Below are positions 42,258 through 49,967 of a stretch of 55,331 nt of DNA, piece by piece. The number at the start of each line of letters is the position of its first letter. Position 1 is the first letter of the stretch. A program made the translations under genes and the position numbers. This stretch comes from Flexibacter sp. CG_4_10_14_3_um_filter_32_15 (GTDB taxonomy: Bacteria; Bacteroidota; Bacteroidia; Cytophagales; Bernardetiaceae): the NCBI GenBank assembly GCA_002784125.1, contig PFKD01000192.1:1-55331 (forward strand), given 5' to 3'. A model generated the notes under the pieces. The model was not told the origin of the DNA. It did not search any database and saw only the letters and a list, made by a program, of their open reading frames with translations.

Positions 42258-42490
42258 TACTGTACCCTACTATTTTTTGTAGTGTATGATTAGTTAAGGA
42301 TTTAGCTTCGCCGAGCTTCGGTTGTAGGATTAACAGGATTTAAAAATACAGATAATACAAAATACGATTTGAATAATTTAATTTCAAGACAATTTATTCT
42401 TAAAAAATGTATTTTAGCTTCGCTGACTTTACAATTCATTCTCTGCGTTCTCTGCAACTCTGTGTTTAATAAAAATAGTAGGTTACAGTA
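42258..42490. mobile_element. MITE-like element, TACTGTACCCTACTATTTTT TIR family
   Basis: Same TIR as 45692-45831 but a different interior. Confidence 0.72.
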
Positions 42491-42677
42491 GGGAAAGACA
42501 CTATCTCATAAAGTATGTAAGTTGAAATTTTCTCATATTTTACATTAAATTTTAAAAGATTTTATAAACTTTATGATTGCAGAAACGTATTTTTAGTGGT
42601 AAGTTCGTAATTTTAAACCCTAAGGGTTTTTGAAAACCCTTAGGGTTTCGAAATTCTATCATTCACAATTCAATAAA

Positions 42678-43643
42678 ATGTCTTTATACAATTCCGACAA
42701 AGAAGCAGCCGACGCATTAGCCAACCATTATCAAGACCTAAAAAAAGAAATTGCAAAAGTAATTGTCGGACAGCAGCAAACCGTAGAGTTACTTCTGACA
42801 AGCATTTTTTCGCAAGGTCATTGTCTTTTGATTGGTGTTCCAGGACTTGCCAAAACCTTATTAATCAGCACTTTATCACAGGTTTTGGATTTAGATTTTA
42901 GTCGTATTCAGTTTACGCCTGACCTTATGCCTTCCGATATTGTGGGCGCAGAAACGCTTGATAAAGACCGAAACTTGAAGTTTGTGAAGGGAGCAATTTT
43001 TTCGAATATCGTTTTGGCAGATGAGATAAACCGTACTCCTCCCAAAACACAGGCAGCACTTTTGGAGTCTATGCAAGAATACGCTGTTACGATTGCAGGT
43101 GTCAAACACAATTTGCCATGTCCATTTTTTGTACTAGCTACTCAAAACCCTATCGAACAAGAGGGAACATATCCACTTCCAGAAGCACAACTAGACCGTT
43201 TTATGTGTAGTGTTTATTTGGGTTATCCGTCTTTTGAAGAAGAGGTAAAAGTTGTAACAAGTACCACAACAAACGAAAAGGCAACATTAAATAAAATTAT
43301 TTCAGCAGAACAAATTATTGAATTTCAGCAGCTTATTCGTCGTGCGCCTGTGGCTCAAAATGTGATTGAATATGCCGTAAATTTGGTTCATAAAACTCGC
43401 CCAAGAACAGAGCGTTCGACTTCTGATACAGATAATTATTTGGAGTGGGGAGCAGGGCCTCGTGCTTCTCAATATTTGGTTTTGGGTGCAAAATGTCATG
43501 CGCTTCTGAATGGAAAATACTCACCTGATATTGAAGACGTGAAAGCGATTGCGATAGCTGTTTTAAGACACAGAATTGTGAGAAATTTTAAAGCAGAAGC
43601 CGAAAATATTACGGTAGAAGATTTGATTCAACGTCTTTGGTAA
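42678..43643 (+). CDS. moxR: MoxR family AAA+ ATPase
   Basis: GVPGLAKT, RIQFTPDLMPSD, DEINR, ATQNPIEQEGTYPLPEAQLDRF. Confidence 0.93.
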   Translation: MSLYNSDKEAADALANHYQDLKKEIAKVIVGQQQTVELLLTSIFSQGHCLLIGVPGLAKTLLISTLSQVLDLDFSRIQFTPDLMPSDIVGAETLDKDRNLKFVKGAIFSNIVLADEINRTPPKTQAALLESMQEYAVTIAGVKHNLPCPFFVLATQNPIEQEGTYPLPEAQLDRFMCSVYLGYPSFEEEVKVVTSTTTNEKATLNKIISAEQIIEFQQLIRRAPVAQNVIEYAVNLVHKTRPRTERSTSDTDNYLEWGAGPRASQYLVLGAKCHALLNGKYSPDIEDVKAIAIAVLRHRIVRNFKAEAENITVEDLIQRLW

Positions 43644-43670
43644 AATGAATAAAATCATATAAAACACTCT

Positions 43671-43712
43671 AAAACAGATAGTTCAATAAAAAATTGAGGT
43701 ATCTGTTTTTTT
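43671..43712 (+). terminator. Probable intrinsic terminator
   Basis: AAACAGATA..TCAAT / ATTGA..TATCTGTTTT followed by a T run. Confidence 0.55.
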
Positions 43713-44069
43713 ATTTTTTGTAAAATATTGTTTAAACTTACACGGTATAACTAAAAATAAAGTTAAGCTATATTTTGTATTTTGTTTAAAAAAATCTTGT
43801 ATAAATAATATTTATATCAAAAGGAGAGATTAAGACTAAAAAAATAGTTGTTTATTATTAAACTTTTTAAAGATTTTAATAGACACCCATACCTCACTTT
43901 ATTCAATTTTATGGAAAAAGTGAATATTTATGCCTTCTCTCTTATTATTTGAGTGCATCGTTAAATATTCAAATTCGTTACTTTACTAAAAAATATATTT
44001 TATCTGCTAAACTACTTATACTTTTTCCCTTACGAAATTCCCTAATTTCCCTTAATTACTTCCCTAACC

Positions 44070-44666
44070 ATGACCAATCAAGAAATTTTCACTTGTATAG
44101 AACAAGGAAATCACAAACTTGTGCTAGACTTTCTTCTTGACTATTCTAAGTCGTTTTATTATACTTGCAAAAAACACGACAAAAATAATCTTCTTAGCGA
44201 GCATCACACACAAACTATCTTTCATGATGCTTGTATTCTGATGTATGAAAAAATTGAAGCCAAACAAATTACACTTCTTCAAATGACCTCTTCTGTCAAA
44301 ACTATGATTTTTGGAATAGGTAAAAAAATGGCATTTAAAGAGGCCAGAGATGAGCAAAATTATTACTCGCTGCATTCATTTGTAGAAAATAATTTTAGTG
44401 ATTTTTTTGATGGAGATGATGATGAAAGTTTTTTTAAGGAATTAGAAATGCAACATCTTACAAAAGCTCTTCCAACTCTTTCACTAAGACACCACGCACT
44501 CATTGTGGAAGGTGTAATCGAAGAAAAATCTAACTCAGAAATCGCTAAAGAACAAGGTTATAATTCTGCAAATGCAGTAGCTGTCGAAAAAATAAGAGCT
44601 TTTAAAGCACTTAGAAAAGCAATTCTTGAGATACAAAAACAAGATGAAGATTATTTTAAGCAATAA
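44070..44666 (+). CDS. Divergent ECF-type sigma-70 factor-like protein
   Basis: Region-2-like IFHDACILMYEKI...TSSVKTMIFGIGKK; region-4 HTH KSNSEIAKEQGYNSANAVAVEKIRAFKALR. Confidence 0.75.
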   Translation: MTNQEIFTCIEQGNHKLVLDFLLDYSKSFYYTCKKHDKNNLLSEHHTQTIFHDACILMYEKIEAKQITLLQMTSSVKTMIFGIGKKMAFKEARDEQNYYSLHSFVENNFSDFFDGDDDESFFKELEMQHLTKALPTLSLRHHALIVEGVIEEKSNSEIAKEQGYNSANAVAVEKIRAFKALRKAILEIQKQDEDYFKQ

Positions 44667-44744
44667 AATAAGAAAATGAACTTTTTAGATAATAGAGGGG
44701 TTGTAAGTTGTATAAATGACATTATTATTTTCATAGAAAATAAA

Positions 44745-44782
44745 TTGCTTATCCTAAATTGTAGTACAACTTTAGGAAGCAA
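44745..44782. promoter_or_regulatory. Palindrome, possible operator or RNA hairpin
   Basis: TTGCT-ta-TCCTAAA-TTGTA-g-TACAA-c-TTTAGGA-AGCAA. Confidence 0.4.
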
Positions 44783-44789
44783 ATAAGAA

Positions 44790-44899
44790 ATGAACACAGC
44801 CTAAGATTTAGCTTTAGTATCAAAAAGCAGACAGCTCTAGCCACACATTCGTTGGCGCAGCTTAATTTGTTTGCTCTTTAGTTTAAGCGTCTTGTTCAT
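44790..44899 (+). ncRNA. Putative ~110-nt rod-like structured RNA
   Basis: ATGAACA/TGTTCAT closing stem, AGCAGACA/TGTTTGCT, GCT/AGC and GCCA/TGGC nested helices. Confidence 0.4.
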
Positions 44900-44930
44900 A
44901 GTGTAAGTTTTAAAACATTTTTATAGTTTC

Positions 44931-45052
44931 TGATTTACTGATATTTTATGGCTTAGTGCAGGAGTTCGAATCTCCTCGTTCGCACAAAACAACAATCAAC
45001 ATGCGAACGTAGCTCAGTGGCAGAGCAAGAGTCATTGGACGTAAGTAGGTAA
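44931..45052 (+). ncRNA. Circularly permuted tRNA-mimic RNA (YrlA/Y RNA-like)
   Basis: T arm AGGAG-TTCGAAT-CTCCT, then CGTTCGCA, 17-nt linker, TGCGAACG, then TA-GCTC-AGTGGCA-GAGC D arm; ends closed by ATGGCTT/GAGTCAT and ATTTACT/AGTAGGT. Confidence 0.75.
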
Positions 45053-45099
45053 TTTCAACGAATTATAATTATGGGTGGTAGTTAAAATCACCACAAAAT

Positions 45100-45173
45100 G
45101 ACGAATTAGCTCAGTCGGTAGAGCATCGGAATTTCCAGTCCGAGGGGCGCAGGTTCGATTCCTGTGTTTGTTA
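45100..45173 (+). tRNA. Atypical tRNA-like gene, 8-nt anticodon loop ATTTCCAG, identity undetermined
   Basis: Acceptor GACGAAT/GTTTGTT (3 G-U pairs), D arm GCTC/GAGC, anticodon stem TCGGA/TCCGA, T arm GCAGG-TTCGATT-CCTGT; no encoded CCA. Confidence 0.75.
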
Positions 45174-45174
45174 C

Positions 45175-45210
45175 GGACAGGCACATAGGTTAGGTGTCTG
45201 TCCATTTTTT
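45175..45210 (+). terminator. Intrinsic terminator of the ncRNA cassette
   Basis: GGACAGGCAC/GTGTCTGTCC stem followed by ATTTTTT. Confidence 0.8.
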
Positions 45211-45691
45211 ATTCCATTTTTTTAGAAAACACATAATAGCCAATCAAGAAAACTATCAAATGGCTCACAATAGAAATCAAAATCCATAAGAAATTAGGTT
45301 CTTGCATCGCTTTATATGTCCAATAAAAAGGAAAAACACTAAAAATATGTTTCCAAGAAGAATCAATAAAAAAGACTAATGCAGGAAGAACAACAAAAAA
45401 ATTAATTCCTTTTATAAGTGTAATTCCTTCAATTTTGTTAGTTGCAAAAGTTACAACAAAAAGAAGTGCTGCCACAGCCGTTTGAGAACAAAGCAAACTA
45501 TAAGCAATTTTTTCTAAGAGAGAGTAATTTTGGATATCCAATACTAGCAGTCCTAAAAATGCAAAATAAAATGCCCAAAAACTAGCTAACAAAAGACGAT
45601 ATGTTAGAAATAAAAACATAGAAAAAGGCATCACACGAATTACTGTCAAAACATTTTCATCTTTCTCATCAAGCATCACAAAGGCAATAAT
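45209..45691 (-). pseudogene. 5'-truncated ABC-2-type (fluoroquinolone export-like) permease
   Basis: MLDEKDENVL..IRVMP, FATNKIEG..LIKG, PFYW; lacks N-terminal helices and abuts a MITE. Confidence 0.6.
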
Positions 45692-45831
45692 TACTGTACC
45701 CTACTATTTTTATTTTTTAATCTCAACGACGGTAAAACCTCGCTGACGGTTGAAAAATAGAGCCAAACCAACCGTCGTTGAGGCTCAAATGCAGCCGTTA
45801 ACGAGGTTTTAAAAAATAGTAGGGTACAGTA
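45692..45831. mobile_element. MITE-like element, TACTGTACCCTACTATTTTT TIR family
   Basis: Perfect 20-bp TIRs; internal IR CTCAACGACGGT/ACCGTCGTTGAG. Confidence 0.78.
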
Positions 45832-46270
45832 AGGCATTACCACACAGTACAAACTATTTGCAACAATGATAGCTTTCAAAAAAGACTGCCATTTTTTAGA
45901 GCTTTTACCAGTTTATGAATCTGTTTATCAAATAATACAAAGTAGCACGACAAAGAATAAATTGCATAAAATGCTACTATAAGTAAATGGACACCTGCCA
46001 AAGCAGCGAAGCTAATTTAAAATGGATAATTGATAATTACATAAAACATTGATTATCAAGTTGTTATATTAAAAAATAAGATGCATTAATTTTGTATGAT
46101 TACTCACTAGATAAAATATAGAGAATATTCTTAGGCATTCCGAAATATTCTTGTACTAAAAAAACCTATTTCAAATAAAGACAGAAAAGTAACTACTGCA
46201 CCTATTTCATCCATCAAAAAACTGATTTTTGGGTTTGTTTTACTTTTTCTACTGCTGTTTGTATGTTCAT
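45832..46270 (-). pseudogene. Degraded small membrane protein gene
   Basis: Fragments in shifting frames: MNIQTAVEKV / NPKISFLMDEIGAVVTF / QEYFGMPKNILYILS / FYAIYSLSCYF / WQSFLKAIIVANSLYCVV. Confidence 0.5.
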
Positions 46271-46376
46271 TGATTTTCTATTTAAAATAAATAAACCGAC
46301 CGTTTGGTATATATCATATAAAAAAGACAAAATAGTTTAGAAATAATTAGAATTTTCTCAAAAAATAATTTTGCTT

Positions 46377-47018
46377 TTAAGGAATAATAATCTTTTTGCC
46401 CAAATATTTAGGTTCTTTTCCTGTCAGATAATCTACAAATACTTTTACACGAGCTAATTTTTCTCTAACCTTCGTTTTTAGACCATAATTTTTATTTACA
46501 TCTTTTGCATTGAAAGCAATTACATCCATACCTTCCAAATATCCCAAATAAACAGCCCTTTCATTATGGAATTTTTGAGAAATGACAGTAAACGAACTTT
46601 GTCCAAAAACTTCTTTTGCCCTAACCACAGAATCTAGCGTTCTGAAACCTGCAAAGTCCATAAAAATTTTACTTTCTGGAATTCCTTTAGCAATCAAATC
46701 ATTTTTCATGTCTTCTGTTTCATTATAGTCTTTTCTACTATTATCTCCACTTACAAGTATATATTTGATTTTTCCAGCTCTGTAAAGTTTGACAGCAGCT
46801 TCAATTCTATACTTAAAATAACGATTTTGATAGCCATTTGGAAGAATTTTTCTTGTTCCCAAAAGTAATCCCACTTTATTTTTAGGAATATCTTTTGTGT
46901 TTTCAAAAACGCTATCTTCTGCTTTAGAAACAATCAGATAATCAGCTAAAATTATACTTCCTAGCATTCCTAAAAATAGAAAAAATGAAATGAGCATTAT
47001 TTTTTTAAAGAGTTTCAT
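46377..47018 (-). CDS. sanA: SanA/YdcF (DUF218) family protein
   Basis: LLLGT, NRYFKYR, VSGDN, DFAGFRTLDS, SQKFHNERA, REKLAR. Confidence 0.9.
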   Translation of the reverse strand: MKLFKKIMLISFFLFLGMLGSIILADYLIVSKAEDSVFENTKDIPKNKVGLLLGTRKILPNGYQNRYFKYRIEAAVKLYRAGKIKYILVSGDNSRKDYNETEDMKNDLIAKGIPESKIFMDFAGFRTLDSVVRAKEVFGQSSFTVISQKFHNERAVYLGYLEGMDVIAFNAKDVNKNYGLKTKVREKLARVKVFVDYLTGKEPKYLGKKIIIP

Positions 47019-47043
47019 AATTAGGGTAAGCTATTTTTTTATG

Positions 47044-47186
47044 CGAAAGCTAAAGCATTCGGTACATTTTCTCACGCTAAAGCGTAAGCTACATTTTACA
47101 AGAAACAAAAAAAACACTTTATTTTATCATTTTTTGACAAAATAAAGTGTTTTTTGAAATACTTCTCACGCTAAAGCGTAAGCTAC
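47044..47186 (-). repeat. REP-like cluster flanking an AT-rich hairpin
   Basis: Two identical CTCACGCTAAAGCGTAAGCTAC copies (47071-47092, 47165-47186) plus CGAAAGCTAAAGCATTCGGTAC. Confidence 0.78.
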
Positions 47187-47191
47187 AGGAA

Positions 47192-48364
47192 TTAGTCTTT
47201 CAAAATAGATCTTGAAATTACAATTTTCTGAATTTCAGAAGTTCCTTCATAGATTTCTGTAATTTTTGCATCACGAAGCATTCTTTCTACATGAAACTCT
47301 TTTACATAACCATATCCACCGTGAATCTGAATTGCATCAGAGGCTACCTCCATAGCAATTTTTGAAGCATACAATTTTGCCATTGCCCCCGAAAGAGAAT
47401 AATCTCCACCTGCATCCTTAATTTGTGCAGCCTTCAAACAAAGCAAACGAGCAGCCTCTACTTTTGTAGCCATATCAGCCAATTTAAAAGCGATTGCTTG
47501 GTGTTTGTGGATTTCTTTACCAAATGTTTTACGCTCTTTTGAGTATTTCAAAGCCAATTCTAAAGCACCACCAGCAATACCAACAGCTTGTGCAGCAATT
47601 CCGATACGTCCACCATTCAAAGTAGCCATTGCAATAGTAAAACCTTGTCCGTCTGTTCCCAAACGATTTTCTTTAGGGATTTTTACGTCTGTAAACATCA
47701 AAGAATGTGTATCCGAACCACGAATACCCATTTTGTCTTCTTTTTTGCCGACTACAAAACCGTCCATTCCACGCTCAACAATTACACAGTTGATTCCTTT
47801 GTGTTTTTTATCAACGTCAGTTTGAGCCATTACTAAATAAACAGAAGCTGTTTTTCCGTTCGTAATCCAGTTTTTTGTTCCATTTAATAAATAATGATCG
47901 CCTTTGTCTTCTGCTGTTGTGCGCTGCGAAGTGGCATCACTACCTGCTTCTGGTTCGGAAAGACAGAAAGCACCGATTATTTCGCCTTTAGCAAGTGGAA
48001 TAAGGTATTTTTGTTTTTGCTCTTCTGTTCCGTATTTTTCTAATGCCCAACAAACAAGCGAATTGTTTACCGACATACAAACAGAAGCCGAAGCATCTAC
48101 TTTTGAAATTTCTTCGATAGCCAAAATATAAGAAACGGTATCCATTCCACTTCCTCCATATTCTGGGCTTACCATCATTCCCATAAAACCAAGTTCGCCT
48201 AATTTTTTGACTTGCTCGGTAGGAAATTTTTGTTCGTTATCACGCTCAATCACACCTTCCCAAAGTTGAGTTTGTGCGAAATCTCGTGCTGCTTTTTGTA
48301 CTTCTGCTTGTTCTTCTGTAAGTTCGAAACTAAGAACTTGTGGAGTATCTGCTACTAATGCCAT
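47192..48364 (-). CDS. Acyl-CoA dehydrogenase (short-chain/butyryl-CoA type)
   Basis: FCLSEPEAGSDA, NGTKNWITNG, KMGIRGS, QIHGGYGY, IYEGTSEIQ. Confidence 0.94.
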   Translation of the reverse strand: MALVADTPQVLSFELTEEQAEVQKAARDFAQTQLWEGVIERDNEQKFPTEQVKKLGELGFMGMMVSPEYGGSGMDTVSYILAIEEISKVDASASVCMSVNNSLVCWALEKYGTEEQKQKYLIPLAKGEIIGAFCLSEPEAGSDATSQRTTAEDKGDHYLLNGTKNWITNGKTASVYLVMAQTDVDKKHKGINCVIVERGMDGFVVGKKEDKMGIRGSDTHSLMFTDVKIPKENRLGTDGQGFTIAMATLNGGRIGIAAQAVGIAGGALELALKYSKERKTFGKEIHKHQAIAFKLADMATKVEAARLLCLKAAQIKDAGGDYSLSGAMAKLYASKIAMEVASDAIQIHGGYGYVKEFHVERMLRDAKITEIYEGTSEIQKIVISRSILKD

Positions 48365-48383
48365 ATATTTTTTATTGTTATGG

Positions 48384-48495
48384 TCGCTCGTGAAGACACA
48401 AGCAACGGTTATGTTTTATTAATTTTAATCAAAAATGGTAATTATTGTAATTTCAAACAAATTCTCCCTACCATTGCTCGTATCATCACGAACGA
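48384..48495. repeat. Inverted pair of REP-like units (related single unit at 51339-51365)
   Basis: TCGCTCGTGAAGACACAAGCAACGGT versus the reverse complement of the right arm, TCGTTCGTGATGATACGAGCAATGGT. Confidence 0.6.
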
Positions 48496-48625
48496 TTTAA
48501 CTACTTACGTTCTTGATAATCAGACAAAAATACAAATTTTCAATATAATTTGAAAGTTTGCAATTATCTATTTTTAAGCCTTTTGTCGACTAATTTTGTT
48601 TGTGATTTTACTAAAAAAACGAAAA

Positions 48626-49162
48626 TTATTGTTTATCAAAAGTAATATTGAGTTTTACAGTTACTGTAATTGGAATTGCAAAGCCTATCAACTGCTCTGC
48701 TATTTCTGCTGGAATTACAACATCCGTACTATTTTGAATAACTAATTGTGTATCTGTAAGTGTTGTTACTTCAAAAGTTTGTAGGTTATCAAGTGTTTGA
48801 GCATCTATAAAGTCTGTCAAATCTCCTTCTACCAAGCCACTAAAAGTAAGTGTTTGTCCATCTTCTGAAAGTGTCCAAGTTCCTTGTTGTTGATTGTCTG
48901 CTTCTCCTACTACAAAAGTTCCGTCTTCATTAAAAATGATTGCTTCTCCTTCTATTCCCTGTGTAGGGTCAAAACCATTTTGAATACTATCAGGAAGTGT
49001 TTGTCCAAAGGGAAGCTCAATTTCTGTCTCCGAACTTGTTACAATCCACGTTTTATTGACCAAGTTTTCTTTTGGTGTAGGTTCATTTTCTTCCTCTTTT
49101 TTACAAGCAGAGAAAATAGTAAGGCACAAAACAAAGACGAGTAATAAATTTATTTTTTTCAT
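48626..49162 (-). CDS. Lipocalin-like lipoprotein
   Basis: Lipobox FSAC, LVNKTW, FNEDGTF, GTWTLSEDG. Confidence 0.7.
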   Translation of the reverse strand: MKKINLLLVFVLCLTIFSACKKEEENEPTPKENLVNKTWIVTSSETEIELPFGQTLPDSIQNGFDPTQGIEGEAIIFNEDGTFVVGEADNQQQGTWTLSEDGQTLTFSGLVEGDLTDFIDAQTLDNLQTFEVTTLTDTQLVIQNSTDVVIPAEIAEQLIGFAIPITVTVKLNITFDKQ

Positions 49163-49191
49163 TTGATTTTTAATAATAATGAGTTGAAGAT

Positions 49192-49494
49192 TTATTTTTT
49201 GGTTTCAGCCACTACGCCAGATTCATAAGCGATAGCTGTTTTGTCTAATTTGATACGAACACCTTTATCTATTTCTACCGTTACGGTATTTTCGCTTACA
49301 TCAATAATTTTTCCATGAACACCACCTGTCGTAACGATTTTCATTTCTCTAGTTAATGACTCTAAAAACGCTTTTTGTTTTTTACGTTGTTGTTGTTGTG
49401 GACGCAACAAAAAGAAATAAAAGACTGCCACCATACCGACAATCATTAAAATATTTGCGATGTCCATTCCACCAGTTGGCATTTGTAATAACAT
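49192..49494 (-). CDS. yajC: Preprotein translocase subunit YajC
   Basis: FYFFLLRPQ, VTTGGVHGKI. Confidence 0.95.
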   Translation of the reverse strand: MLLQMPTGGMDIANILMIVGMVAVFYFFLLRPQQQQRKKQKAFLESLTREMKIVTTGGVHGKIIDVSENTVTVEIDKGVRIKLDKTAIAYESGVVAETKK

Positions 49495-49967
49495 AGATTT
49501 GTGTTTTGATTAGTGAATATTGATTTTTTGATTAATTACAAAATTACTAAAAAAATCAGTCATTCGGTTTTAATCGCTTTATCAATGCCAATTTTTTATA
49601 TTCTTTAAAGTTTAGTTGGCACTTTCCTCTTCTTGCCTAGCTTTTTAGCTCTAGCTTTCTAATAAAATTATCAATTTTTAGTCATTTTCCTTGTTTTTGA
49701 GGTTTTTTACTCATTTTCCTTTATCCAAAAAATGTAGGGGTTTGTCTTGAAGTCTGTTTGTGTTTATCGAAAACGAAGGTAGTTTGGTGTTTTGGCGTGA
49801 TTTCTTGCGTGGATTTTGAATAGTATCTATCAATTCTGAGCAATTCTAAAGCAGCAAACTTAAATTAAGAATGTGATAAGACTTACAAGAATCGCTAAAG
49901 AAATAAAGATACAGAAATTTTAAAAATATAAGACCAACCAGCTACTCACTTTTAATTATTTTCAATT

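Noticed and set aside
42630-42677. Longer N-termini from the ORF track (moxR; likewise dapB, USP, rffA, barrel, GLPGLI, 54434 ORF)
   Set aside because: The extensions run through repeats, neighbouring genes or unconserved sequence; downstream ATGs match family N-termini or signal peptides
44837-44899. 20-codon minus-strand ORF MNKTLKLKSKQIKLRQRMCG
   Set aside because: No independent support; G-U pairing and the neighbouring RNAs favour a + strand RNA
44955-44984. att-site duplication of a tRNA 3' end from an integrated element
   Set aside because: The 3' half does not match the downstream tRNA (45149-45173) but pairs perfectly with the adjacent 5' half; no integrase in the window
44931-45052. 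Two-piece (permuted) tmRNA
   Set aside because: It has a full D stem, lacks the G3-U70 alanine determinant and CCA, and no tag reading frame is evident
45691-45879. 62-aa ORF MKAIIVANS...
   Set aside because: Chimera of a pseudogene fragment reading into the MITE
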